Shown here one piece after another: positions 38,187 through 51,912 of a DNA stretch of 64,000 nucleotides (within the stretch, counting starts at the first letter, position 1; each line of letters begins with the position of its first letter). The DNA comes from Octopus sinensis (lineage: Eukaryota). The stretch is from NCBI RefSeq assembly GCF_006345805.1, contig NC_043005.1:39060001-39124000 (forward strand). The letters run 5' to 3'. The position numbers and the translations under genes are program-made. Below the pieces are notes generated by a model, which was given only the letters and a program-made list of their open reading frames with translations, had not been told where the DNA came from and did not search any database.

Positions 38187-38374
38187 TATACAAAAAGTAT
38201 TAAATACATTTAATACAAAAATGTACATATGTATATATATATAAAATAGAGTTGGACTCGTAAAACTCCTACTCAACCCCCTTTATTCCTGATAACATTT
38301 CCCTTCTGTGTAAATCGGGCTTGTTTTATATGTACATTTTTATATTAAAAGTATTTAATAGTTTTTGTATATTG
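38187..38374. repeat. ~47-bp inverted repeat between (TA)n tracts
   Basis: TATACAAAAAGTATTAAATACATTTAATACAAAAATGTACATA versus its reverse complement near 38327-38374. Confidence 0.7.
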
Positions 38375-38379
38375 ACATG

Positions 38380-38453
<74 letters not shown>

Positions 38454-39299
38454 TATTTATATATATATATACATACATATATATATGTAGATGCATATTT
38501 CTATGTATGTATGTATGTATGTATGTATGTATGTATGTATGGTTATGCATTCAAATATACTTGTTAAAGTGAAGCAGTGTGCGCTATTATATTAGATAAG
38601 TTTTACAGACAACGGTGAAACAATACGAGATGAAATACAAAGTTAACTAAATATGGGGAAAGAGCTCAACAGTTAGAGTTTTGCCTTATATTTCGATATT
38701 TTGGGAGTTATGGCACATTCCTGTGGACGCGTGGAGAAATGAAGGATGGAACAAGTCGTCGCTCAAATAAGTGGGGTAGGATATTGGCATGTCCAGACTG
38801 ATGTTCTTATAACAATCAGTCTGCTTCAAGATTCACCAACGTTGGCAAAATTAAAACTTGAAACTGATCACCGAACTAGTTCGGAACAGTCTCTGCTCGA
38901 TCTGCCCGTAGGAATCTGATTGTGCACTATAAGTCAGCCCTGTAATCTAGAACGAAAGCTGCATGCGTTGGAAATGAAACCGCACGTAGAAATGACAGAT
39001 GCGGCAAGGTTGACTAAGCTACCAACACCAAGCGCTTCCACAAGATATTAATAAACAATAATTATTCGCCATCTTTCGCCAAATTTTAGAGCTTAAACAG
39101 CGTTGTACTCAGGAAAACCCTTAAGAAGATCCGTACTCCCCAGTTTGACACGTCTTTCAAACATGTCTACCCTATTTCTACTAAAGAACCACTACTGCCA
39201 ACCCTCATGCGATCCTCATGGAGGGAATTAATATTCTTATGGTGCACACCATTCTATCCCAGAGAAAACTTTTCTCTAGTAACCTTACCCAAAACAGCA

Positions 39300-39570
39300 T
39301 CGTAGGGTGCAAACTACTTTCCACATCAACATGCTCAAAATAAGCTCTAGGACCTACAAGGTATACAATGTAGTTTGCAGCAAATGTAGTACATCCGACA
39401 TGGTAGCACTGTTAGAAAACTGCACATTCGTAACACATGCGCACAAACACTTCAGTGCACAAAGCCTACAAAAGCGGAAGACCCAGGATTTCACAGTATT
39501 CTTTGGGTCACTCAACGTAATAGAGGCAACCTTAGACTCATGGGAAACCTCCTTGTTAACAAACTGAGAG
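39300..39570 (+). mobile_element. Possible very decayed PLE GIY-YIG remnant
   Basis: ISSRTYKVYNVVCSKC resembles the C.S.NVIY...C..C GIY-YIG lead-in; the rest is unconvincing. Confidence 0.25.
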
Positions 39571-39832
39571 CAATTCTGAACAACAGAAAAGAGCACATGA
39601 AAAAATAATGGCTATTATTATCTCCAGTCTGGCCACGTACCAACGTTTGCTATCATAATAAAAGTATATCTAATGTCATATTACACAATGATTACCCTAA
39701 CTATATATATATATATATCCGTATGTGAGTGCGTGCATGTGTATGTATGTGAGTATATACATACATACATACATACATACATCCATCCATCCATCCATCC
39801 ATATATACATACATACATGCATACATACATAC

Positions 39833-39882
<50 letters not shown>

Positions 39883-42499
39883 ACTCATTGTCAGACATAC
39901 AGTATGATCATGCATTGTCAGACGAGTGACGATCTAAGATATATTTTTGGTACTAATAACAGATATAACCATTAAATTCTATTGGGTTACCAATTCATAT
40001 TAGTTGCCAGTTATTATTACGCAAATATTTTTGCGTGTGCCATTGTTTCTTCTGTCACATTTATCAATGAGCATAAAGATCGAAAATTAAGTAATTTAAT
40101 ACATAGTAATATTTCAAAGGGACATAATCTGCTCTCTCAGCAGAATAGGTCAAGATTAACATCATATATAAAATTATTTGGCATATGAGAAACATATGGA
40201 ATACTTCGATTAATTTTCGATGAACTTAATTGTGATGAAGAGGACAAGTAAAACACGTTACCGTTTACATAGAAGAAAGGAATTTTTCAAAAACCAAGTA
40301 GTCTAGACACCGATGCAGACATATAAATTGTGGATGTCTGTATCGATTAATGCATTGGATAACCGACGAGTTAACGCTATATCGCAAGACTATGTCATAC
40401 GCTCCATCTCCGTTGTTTCAGAATAACTGATAAATGATTCATATTTACCATTGTTTATATTTAATATAAAACTAGAGTCACAAAACATATTTAAAATACC
40501 ATCAGACACTTCTGCAAAATGGATAACATCAAGCCACGAAAACTGATATGGAAAACAATATTGCTCATATAATAAGATATTAGAAATGGAAAACGGAGAC
40601 AAGTCGTAACCAAGGGAATGTGTTTGTGTATTATTACATGTGTAGGTATAGTTATTTGTTGGATTGTTATGGCGTCTACGTTTAGGAATTTGACGTCCAT
40701 TAATTAAAAACAAACAAATGTATATGAATGAATAAAAATGCAATGTGTGTGTGTCTAGATGTATATGTATGTATATATGTACATGTATATATATATATGT
40801 GTACATGTATGTATATACACATATTACACATATATAGAAAGAGGTTGAAGTCCAAGTATTGTGTGCTTCACATACGATACTGAATACGATTCTGAATACA
40901 GAATATGTAATTTCAAAAAGGATTCACCGAACACTGCCTTCTCATAAAACGGACGGTAATAAGTCAAAATATGATTAAAAACAGCACTTTCTGTAAACAG
41001 TTAATTTTCCTACTCATTGTAATAAGCACAACACAACATTGGAATAAAGCAGAGCAGCTCCACACAACAAAGAACGTTTTTGCTGTCAACATTTTATGAT
41101 CTATCGATGAAGATAAAGATTGTACATACATACATATACGTGTGTGTGTGTGTATGTGTGTGTGCGTGTGGCTGTGTGTGTCTGTGTGCGCGCGCATGCG
41201 TCTATGTGCGTATGTATGTGTGGGTGGGGGTGCGTGTGTGTGTGTGTATCTTTATATATAGGAAAGGAAAATACAGTATGAACAGTGATGAAAGGGAAAA
41301 CTCGACTGAACGCTATTAGATAAAAATGTGTAGGAAAAGTGAATTGAGGCCGATAGGCATTGTTAGTAATAAAACAATATGAGTAAAAAGATATATAGAA
41401 TTGCACATCAAAAACAGAACAATAAGCTTTGCAAACGATACGACATTTGCAACGAGAATTACACAAAATAAAGAGCGTTTTTGGTTTTATTTTTAAAGTG
41501 GTTTAAAAGTCGTAACCATTGATACCGAAAACAGGTTACATGAAAGACTTGGCTATTCTCATAAATTTCTACTGTAGTTTATACTGTGTAATATATGTTG
41601 AACATGTATACAGATGTGTTTGAAATAAAGAAGATGACTATGTACTCTATTGACACTCATAGATTTATTATGTCTTATCTGGGGTAATTCTAAAAAGCAA
41701 GTTATTGACATTTATCTGAATTCACCCTAAACATGCAAGCCGTTTACCCACTTATATTCAATTATTTCATCGCTGACCTTAACTCAATCACCATCTATTT
41801 TATGTTGTTCGAATATTTGAATGCTATCTAAGTATTATCATGTGTTATACTGTAGCAGTGTTGCTGTTGTCGTTAGTAGGGTAGTGGTGACGGTTGTGTC
41901 ATACAAATAAGTTGTTGATATTATATACCACGTCACCTAAATATACTTAAGATATTCAAACATGTTGAACTTAAACATTAAAATTGTCTGATAAGTTCAA
42001 TGACTTCTTAGTAGAAAAAAAAAACTAAATATTATTTTGTTAAATCTCCATTTTGACTTCACAATAATTCATGATTCTAGAAAATTGAATTATCTAAAAA
42101 TTATTCTAAAGAAAATAAATCCGAATATCGTTGGTAGCAGTAAACAATTGCTGAGAGAATATTGACATTCAGAGATTGGTGTTTAAATTCCTGCTTCAAC
42201 TGAATTCAGAGACAATCTAGATGCTTATGTCAAAGGGAAGGCAGACGAAAACTATCTAGGTTTTTTGTTATATTATGGATAGGAATGATGTACCTGTGAC
42301 TTTATCATTAACTTACACGGATTCACGTTGTTTACGAAGATAAGAATATATACATTTTCTCAGTACACAGCGAAAAGGAAGATATATTCAGTACACACAC
42401 CCACATATGCTTGTATGTATATATGAATGCATATATGTAAATATATATATGTGTGCGTATGTATATATTTATCAATTTATTTATATGTATATATGCATG

Positions 42500-42562
<63 letters not shown>

Positions 42563-42622
42563 ATGCATGTAGTATTATGCATATTTATCTATCTGTCTAT
42601 CTTTATGCTATATATCTATATA

Positions 42623-43969
42623 CAGGGTCGCCCAAAAGTAGGTTTACAGTTATTCAACATATTTTAACAGTTTAGATCTTAATTATAAAAAAAAGCATGA
42701 AACCTTTATTCTATGCAAATTGAGTTAATTTTGTCAAGCTCCCTTTTCAGTTCGTAATTTTGTTTTGCTTACAGGTGGTGTTAAGTGTGAGCCATAGCAA
42801 ACAATTTAAATCAAAAGCAAATACTAAATCAGTATTGGGAGTCTGAAAATGCCGAGCAGGTGCGCACAGCATGACAAGAAGCCTTTCGCACTCCTCCATC
42901 TTCACGCCAAACAATTTATCGGATAAGAAATCAATTTGATACCACAGGTTTAGTGAGTAATGCACCAAAATCTAGACGCCCAAAGACTTCTGTGACTGAA
43001 AAAAGAGATGTTAGTGGCTATGACATTTTTGAAGAGTTCAAATAAGTTCACACAATGTGCTTTTCAAGAATTATCCATGCAAAGAACATCATTGCAACGC
43101 CTAATGCATAAGCTAAAATTAAAACCTTTCCGTCCACGACTGGTACATGGTTTTTTGTAGGACGACCCAGATCTCCCGCTGGAATTCTGCGAAACAATGC
43201 GTGACCAAATTGCTAATGAGCAACCAGACTATCTAGATAAGATTATCTGGTCAGATGGTGCTTGCTTCAAATTATCCACTGATGTAAACAAGCATAATTG
43301 CGTGCACTGGGCTGATGAAAATCCCCATTTGATCATAGAATCTCAACTGAACCCAGCTGGTGTTACAGTTTGGGGCGTACTCTCAAGCGAAGATGTTATC
43401 GGACCCGTTTTTTTTTTTATTGAGCTGCAAATTGAAAGAACTACTTGGAAATGCTTCGTGACGTGGTAGTACCAGAACTTGGAACCAAAGCTAAATTTGA
43501 TGAACTGTTCTTTCAGCAAGATGGAATACCTCCACATTATGCGTTGACAGTAAGAGACTACCTTAACTAAGCCTTTCTACAGCTTTGATTTGGAAGACGG
43601 GGCAGCATCGAATGGTCACCACGTTTACTTGACCTGACACCAATGGATTTATTTTTAGGGGTGTTGTAAAGAACAAGGCTTATGAGAAGAATCCCAAAAC
43701 AGTAAATGAATTAAGATTACATTTCTGATCCATTCACTGAAACTGATGGAGATTGAAATTTGTGCTGCACTGTGTTTCAGAGTGTTCTCAAGAGGTTTGA
43801 ATAATGTTGCAATGTTGAAGGAGGACATTTTGCACATCTGAGAGATTAAACATTGCCTGTTTAAGATGTGCATAAACAATATGATTGTAAGATAGAAATT
43901 TAAATGTAATAAAATGTTTTAAAAGAAATTTAAAGTGCCTACGTGGTAACTTACTTTGGGGCCACCCTC
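42623..43969 (+). mobile_element. Full-length (1347 bp) Tc1/mariner element, DD41D (rosa-type), inactivated
   Basis: TIRs TA|CAGGGTCGCCCAAAAGTAGGTT and AACTTACTTTGGGGCCACCCTC|TA; PSRQTIYRIRNQFDTTG..RRPKT; IIWSDGACF..VNKHN..WADENPH; QQDG...TPMD with exactly 41 codons between the last two Asp (two are stops). Confidence 0.92.
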
Positions 43970-44005
43970 TACACACACACATACATACACACATTTATAT
44001 ATATG

Positions 44006-44660
44006 CGAAGCGCGTTCAAAAAGTAAGTGTGCGATAATATTTTTCTCGCCAAATCTAATTTGCCGCGCGTCGGCAAAACATTCGGGTGGACGTTGACGCC
44101 GCTCTTTCTGCGCATGCGCAAACATTATCGCACTGATACGCCGCGTCAATTCACGGCTGTTATGGCTAGATTATCGACGTGTAGTACTGGTTCGTCTGAT
44201 TTTCATCATCACCGAGCACATCGATCAGAGACATTACAACAACTTTGTCTAAAAGTTTGGTTATACACAAGCTCAAGCCATCTAGACGATTCAGAAGGCG
44301 TTTCGCGATTATGACATGGAAAAAATGCAGATCAAGGAGTGATACAGCTGCTTCAAACATGACCGCACCTCGGTCGATAGTGTGGCGCATTGAGGCAGGC
44401 CATCCATTAGTCGAAACGAGGAGACGATTAAGAAAGCTCGGCGAATAGTCACGGAAGACCGGTGTTTAACAATTCAGAAAATTGCTCATCAAGTGGGAAT
44501 AACAACAAGATTAGTTCATTACATTTTAATGGGGGATTTATGCATGCGGAGACTGTCAGCGAAATTCGTCTCCAAGTTACTGATGAGGCAACAGAAACAA
44601 CTCCGTTTGGAGATCGCCCAGGACATGCTAGGCTGAACAAACTACGACCCTGAGACATGA
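44006..44660 (+). mobile_element. Mariner 5' half
   Basis: TIR-like CGAAGCGCGTTCAAAAAGTAA; GRPSISRNEETIKKARRIVTEDRCLTIQKIAHQVGI..LCMRRLSAKFVSKLL. Confidence 0.85.
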
Positions 44661-44798
44661 ATTATTGGTCTCTGCTCGATGAGTTCATTCCTCCTGCGTG
44701 AAAACGAAAATCCAAGGAGCGCCATTACACGTCAGTACGCTATCGTAATAGCCAAGGAACAGACACGGCCTACAGCCGCGAAAATGTATATGCGCACG

Positions 44799-44878
<80 letters not shown>

Positions 44879-44919
44879 TTTACACACACAAACACACACA
44901 CACACGCACACACACACAC

Positions 44920-44983
<64 letters not shown>

Positions 44984-45265
44984 AATCAAGGGAGGGAAGA
45001 AAGAACACAACAGGCGGAAATCAATAAAATTCAACACGCGGAAAAATAGACGATAACATAACAAACGACAAACAGGATAGAAAGAGGCTACACAGGTCAT
45101 TCGCAGCCGATTTTCTCTTCGGTTGGTGTCCGGATGGTCCTTGCAGTTTTGCATAGACTCTCCGGACAACGATTGAAGAGGACAACGATTTAGGCGTGAG
45201 CGTGAGTGTGACTGTGAGTGTGTATGCATATCTCTAGATATTTAACACTCTCCCTTCTTCTCTCC

Positions 45266-45328
<63 letters not shown>

Positions 45329-45627
45329 CATGTATGTATGTATTTATGTATGTATATATGCATGGATGGGTGATGTATATTGTTCTGTAAGGTGGCACTT
45401 TTTTACATTGGTATACAAGTGTAAGATTTACTTCTGATGGAAAAGTGTGTGTATCACGATTTGGCGATATTATATCTGAACCTATTCTCCAGTTTCTTTT
45501 CTCATGCATTCTGTGATCTTTCTAACAATGGACAACAAAGAAGAGACATTTGGATACCAGTGCATGAGTTCCTTGTGCAATTTTTTCCTTCGATGAACAT
45601 TGAATTCTGGAGAAAATACCATGTAAC

Positions 45628-45691
<64 letters not shown>

Positions 45692-45692
<1 letters not shown>

Positions 45693-45750
45693 TCTTTACT
45701 CTTTACTCTTTTACTTGTTTCAGTCATTTGACTGTGGCCATGCTGGAGCA
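45692..45750 (-). mobile_element. SINE family A tail embedded in (TA)n
   Basis: TTTACTCTTTACTCTTTTACTTGTTTCAGTCATTTGACTGTGGCCATGCTGGAGCAC. Confidence 0.85.
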
Positions 45751-45751
45751 C

Positions 45752-45873
<122 letters not shown>

Positions 45874-46946
45874 TACATACATATATATATATATATATAT
45901 AAATATATACATACCTCATGTAACATAAATGACACTACAGACACGCGCGCACACACACACACTCACGCGTATATACACATGGTAAACATAACCGAGTTCT
46001 CAGTTTCCATTACATTCTTTATAGTTACCCGCATGGACCATATCAAATAGATCAAACTATGTAGATTCAGCCAGTATCTACATTGTCCTTCAACTTGCTA
46101 GACCTAATAACTAAATGCTTTTAAATCTTAGAAAGGACGAATAAATTTTATAATATTTTCCTACAACTATATTTTCCTACTAGTATAAAACGTGGAGCTG
46201 GCTAAGTCTCTCCGACCCTGTCTTATTTGGACCTTAACAAAAATAACACCAACCAATTCTGAGCGGTGGATCCTCATATCGCTGTAGTACAAAAATCGCT
46301 TTAATAATTGAGAAAATATTATAATTTCACTTTATTGCAGTCTTTTACTCTAAAGAGAGAAAGATAATGATAAAGGGGAGATAATCATTTCTTCATAGTA
46401 TTTACATGGATTAGAAATTTGAATTTGTAATTAAGAAATAAGGAAAAACAGTCATAAAAAACGTTTAATTTTCTTTTTCTTTTTCTCCTACATACTTATT
46501 ACAATATATACTCAAATTTTTAGCATGTGGTAATTATATATTTCACTACTTAAAACGTTTTAGAAATCATCAGAACGGTGCAACTTGAGCTAATATTTTC
46601 ATATTAATTTTAAATATGTGAATTGAAATAGCAAGAATGTGACTACCGGAAGAAGAATCCTGCACCAACAACCGATTGGTATCTATTGTAGCTGAGTAGA
46701 CAGAGGAAGTGGGAAATGAAGTGACTTGCTCAAGGACACAACGAGGCACTTGGGCCAGAAACTGAGCTCACGCTATTCTCAGCTGAACACTTTCATCACT
46801 GAGACACATATATTCATTAAGCAGGTAAAATGCACAATTTAATCAAATTTATTTCAATAAATAATTTTAAGGAAACAAAAAACAAAGCCACACCAAGATG
46901 ATAGATCGACATGCATAAATACACACACACACACACACACACACAC

Positions 46947-47000
<54 letters not shown>

Positions 47001-48772
47001 AAGTAGGAAAACATGTCGAAAAAACATTGGCACAAATTGATTTATGTTAGCCTTATGGAAACAGGTTCTTTTTTGTTCAAGATGCCCGGGAGAACAATTT
47101 TAGAAACATATCAGAACAATAAATTTTGATAATATTGTATAAATAAAAATAAAAGCCAAGTGTCGAATAGAGCGAGTAATATGAGACGATAAAACCAGCG
47201 AGAGTGAATGTGTAAAAGAAGACAGTATAGAGAAAGAGAAACAGAGAAAAGGGGTAGAGAAGGAGAGAGAGTGGAATTGAATATAGTAGTAGGGAGGGAG
47301 ATAGAGGTGAGGTGAGAGGAAGATGCTATGAAAGGAGAGGGAGGTGAGAAAAGTGTGCGATCGATATGCACAAAATTGATAACATAAAAAAAGTGATACT
47401 GATTCTTTTTTAAATAAGTTGATATATGTGTGATTGGAACATATCTAACTCAGGGAATTTCTGCAAGAAAAAAAACCTACGGCGTAGAAGTATTAATTTT
47501 ATTTTTGTTAACATTTATTTCTGTTTTGTTCTAATTCTATTTATTTATCTATTTTTTTGTCAATAGGAATAAAATCAGATTTTGAATGTTTGTTGTATCG
47601 ACTCTGTATAACTAGTTTATAATTTATAAACCCGTCAGATATAAAGATTGAAGACGACTCCTTTGCGGTTTGAACTTAGAAACTTAAGAAATAAAATGAA
47701 AATATTGCAAGCAGAATCATGAGAACTATCTAGTTCGGTTCTCCACGGTCTAAGTTCAAATCACATCGACGACGTCAACTTTGCTTTTCACCCATCCGAG
47801 GTGGATACAAGGAAGTATCATGTAAGTATTTGGTTGGTATAATTGACAACATGCTGCGTGGGTCTGGACAAATTATTCTGAGCAACACTGGCAGTTACCC
47901 ATATATCACAAAGTTCCCTCTCCATACCGCTTGCTATGTTTTTTCAAATATGAATCTAAAACAGACTGGCACCAGTTTTGTCGCAGACGTTGCTGTAAGG
48001 ACGTAGAGAACCGCAACAGGTAAAGCAAGACGTCTCCGATCCTCTAACTGCTTCTTCCATTCCACCACCTTGGGGTAGTACTTTATTATCGATCCCGAAG
48101 GAATATATGGCAAAGTATCTTCGTGTTTTGAACTCAGACCGCTTTTAACCCACCGTTCATTCAAATTATGTTGCTTTACTCTAATCTGCCTCTTTCTCTC
48201 TTTCTCTCTCGATCTCTCTGTCTCTCTTTCACATATATATGCACAGAGGGACAGCATGAAAAGAAGAAATGGAACAACACTCCCCACAAGACAGGATAAG
48301 CCATATCTCCACTTATTGTCTTATTTTCAGTTCAACGTTTATCACAAAAAATTGAAGGAATCATTAGAGCCTTGGACAAAAACAAAAACAAAAAAAAAAC
48401 GTATTGCTGTGTTTGTTACCTCTCTTTACATCCTGATTTCAAATTCCACTGATGTCAACTTTGACTTTTATAATATTGGGGTCGATAAAATATATTACCA
48501 ATCAAGTACTTGGAAAGCTGTTGTCGGCTAATCCCTCCTCATGAAAACTGCCGGAATTTTCCTAAATCCCAAACCGCTAAATTTAGTGACCTGGCAGAAT
48601 CGGTAAAGTGTCAGAAAATTGCTTGGGGGTAATACTTCCAACTGTTTACGTTCTCAGTTCAAGTCGAGGACAATATTGTCTTTCATCCTCTAGGGGCCGA
48701 TAAGATAATGTACCAGTCAAAAAATTATTGTTTGTGGTATCGACTAACCCGTTTACGAAATTGTTGATCACT

Positions 48773-49036
48773 ATCATCATCATCATCCGTCTCGAGTTAT
48801 AGGACTAATTACGGACGGTTAGCCGGATTCAATGGCGCGTAAGTGGCCAGATCACAGCATTCCGCTAAAAGTGATGTCAATCCGTCGCAAGATTACTCAT
48901 TGACAACTGAGTGGGTTGGAACAATGCTAAATGCTGTGTTTCACTCAGGAACACATCGCAATACCTGTGTGGGAATCGTAACCACGACCTTGCAATTGTG
49001 TTTGCAACCTCCTATCCACTCGGTTACGCTCCTTCA
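48773..49036 (-). mobile_element. tRNA-derived SINE (family C-like) with (GAT)n tail
   Basis: Minus head TGAAGGAGCGTAACCGAGTGGATAGG..GGTTACGATTCCC; (ATC)n at the left end. Confidence 0.65.
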
Positions 49037-49820
49037 GCTTTGTTTGTTGTACTACATCTAAAATTCTGCCTTCTTCAGCCATCCTGTTACATACGACTTT
49101 TGATTTCCCGTACCCACTCTGTTTATAGATTCACATGAATGAACAATGAAATATGCAAGGAGCTGTAAGAGCATTATAAAACCTTGCGTTTTCTAGTTGA
49201 AGCACAAATTCCTGGAGAAATAATGCAATTTTTGGTTTTTGGTTTTATTTAAACGGTTTTTCTCTCTTTACTTTTTTTTTCTTTCTCATCCCATTCTTCA
49301 TGTTTTCACATCATGTTTGATGTGTTGTTGACACGAGAGCAGGATCTGTGCAAAATATTTGGAATATTTTGCTCATGAAACAAAACAAAAAAGTCAAAAA
49401 TACGGAAAATATTGCCAGGATTCGGAAATTGATAGAACAAAAGTTCAAAGCGTCTTCCAAATGGCGTTAGCAGCAGATTACCAACATATTTTAAGCAAAA
49501 CAAAACAAAATAATTTGTAATTTATTTTTACTTACATTGCTGGGGAGGTAAAAAAAAAAAAAACAAAGAAACATTTGTATGGAGTAAAATACATTAAAGG
49601 AAATAAGTCCTTATACAACAACTTCAGGTAGTTTGCTAAAATAACTCGATAGAAATACAAAAGTTTTCGGATCAAAGAAGAGTGGAATTGTCGTGGTGGT
49701 TAGATTGATGAGCAATTAAGTTAGTTTATGACAGATGTGTGTGACCTTTGAATTTGAAACATCATACTCAGCGCTCTGAAAGGTATTGATGTCTCATAGA
49801 TGAAGGTACAAATGCCTTAT

Positions 49821-49882
<62 letters not shown>

Positions 49883-50176
49883 AATTTGTATCTTCAATAT
49901 CAAAGGTATTAATAATATAAGCAAACACGCATTGTTCCAGGCTCGTAGTCTCGACAACGTATGGAGGGCGATATATATACTGCTGTATGGAGTAACTGTA
50001 AAGGTAATACATGTTCCTACTATCGCCGTATAGTCACAGATTTTGACTATTTGGCTGTTACATTTTATCGGCCTTGAAATGACAAACAGCAAAATCTTAT
50101 CTCTTAAAATGAGCTCAAGCTGGAAATATTTAGGACAAAATCTTTTAGCCCACTGCTCTGTCGATATGTCATTATA

Positions 50177-50256
<80 letters not shown>

Positions 50257-50269
50257 GTATACACGAATA

Positions 50270-50669
50270 TTGGCAAAGGACCTGCAGTTTTAAGAAGAAG
50301 AGTAAGTACCTGATTGGTGCTTTAGTTTATCGTGCAAGGAAGGTCAAATGACAAAGTATACCTCGGCGGAATTTGAACTCAAAACGTAAAGTAACAGAAG
50401 ATATACAATTAAGCAATTTCTCTGGCACGGTATCGATTCTCCGAGTTCGCAACCTTACTCGTACACAAAATAATTTTTTCTACTATAGGTACAATTACTG
50501 AAATTTGGGGGAAGGGAGCTAGTTGAATACGTCGATCCCATCGCTCAAATCGTAATAACTTCATTGGCACCGAAGGGATGAAAGGCAAAGTCAACCATGT
50601 CGGAATTTGAATTCAGAAAGTAAATTCGGAAGAAACGCTGCAAACTGTACTCTCACCCCGCCGCCTTAT
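50270..50669 (-). mobile_element. Two tandem decayed SINE family B copies (about 50270-50455 and 50473-50669)
   Basis: CCTCGGCGGAATTTGAACTC and GGATGAAAGGCAAAGTCAACC..GGAATTTGAATTCAG. Confidence 0.7.
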
Positions 50670-51130
50670 TTGCATACGTAATAATACACATCAGGTTCTC
50701 TGTATTTGATCTATGTTTCTTGAATGCTTTACACAGAATTTTAAACTTGAAGATACCCGCCATAGCTTTATTTAGTTTATCGATTAACTAACTCATATCC
50801 CACAATCCAATTATATCAATAGTTTCCTGTAATCACTCTGCAGCTGTTAAAATGCAGCCATAATATAATGAAAGATACACGTGAATAGAATCTGTCTTAT
50901 TTACATGATCCAATGAAAGCTTTATTTCGTTAGTATTGTTTTACAAGTGAAGTCACAGACGAATAGCAGTAAAGTTCTCGACAAACTGAATTGGCCGACC
51001 GATTCTCTTTTTGATTGGATTAGCCTTAAATCTTGGATCAATGTTTATTGGCTTCTTTCAGCAAAACATCCAGATTTAGTACATATTTAATAATCTTTGA
51101 ATTTTCTGCGGTAAAATTCATGTTCGATTT

Positions 51131-51166
<36 letters not shown>

Positions 51167-51354
51167 ACTCTCTGACTAATTATGGATAACCATTGTGCAT
51201 CATTGTCACCATTCCCATCTAACATATCTAATCACCAAAAGGTTCCATTCTTATTTATGGATTTATTGCTTTAACGATCGCTCTGGCAGCTCATAAAAAC
51301 TGACGTTAGGATATCAAAGCATTTTATCAATGATTACTAAACCAAATAAATAAC

Positions 51355-51427
51355 TGATTGTGGTGTTCCAGCATGACCACGCTCAACTGGTTGGAACCAG
51401 TAAAAGAATAAAGCAAGAATAAAAGAA
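51355..51427 (+). mobile_element. SINE family A tail
   Basis: GGTGTTCCAGCATGACCACG...CAGTAAAAGAATAAAGCAAGAATAAAAGAAT. Confidence 0.65.
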
Positions 51428-51730
51428 TTATTTATTGATTTCTTTATGCTGGAGGAATAAACTATTTAAATGCTAATGTTTTGGCACGGTCATATTGAGC
51501 ATGATTTATCCGTCGCCAATCACACTTCAGATAGAAGATTGAATTAGTTCCCTGCAAACGAAGACAGACGGATATGTTGACAAATATAAGTTTTGTGTGT
51601 GTGTGTATTATGTTTTCTGGAGCTTTTTAGAAGTCATAAGGTCGGTTTCCTAGTTTTCATAGCGTTAAATTACCGAGATCGCAACATTCCCACAGAACGT
51701 CAGACAACTGTAAGGTTAAGGCTATTAAAT

Positions 51731-51912
51731 TTCAATGGGAGGGGACGCGTTGATTATATTGACACCATTGCTTCACTAGTACTTTATTTTATCGACCACG
51801 AAGGTGTGAATGACAAACTTGATCTCTGCATGACTTGAGCTCAGAACTTAAACATCCGATTCAAACGCTGCTAAGCATTTTATTCGACATGCTAACCAAG
51901 CTACCAGCTCGC
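51731..51912 (-). mobile_element. Decayed SINE family B
   Basis: TACTTTATTTTATCGACC..GAAGG...GCTAAGCATTT...CCAGCTCGC. Confidence 0.65.

Noticed and set aside
44580-44597. CTGATGA...GAAA in the mariner fragment
   Set aside because: No stem I, II or III; lies in transposase codons.
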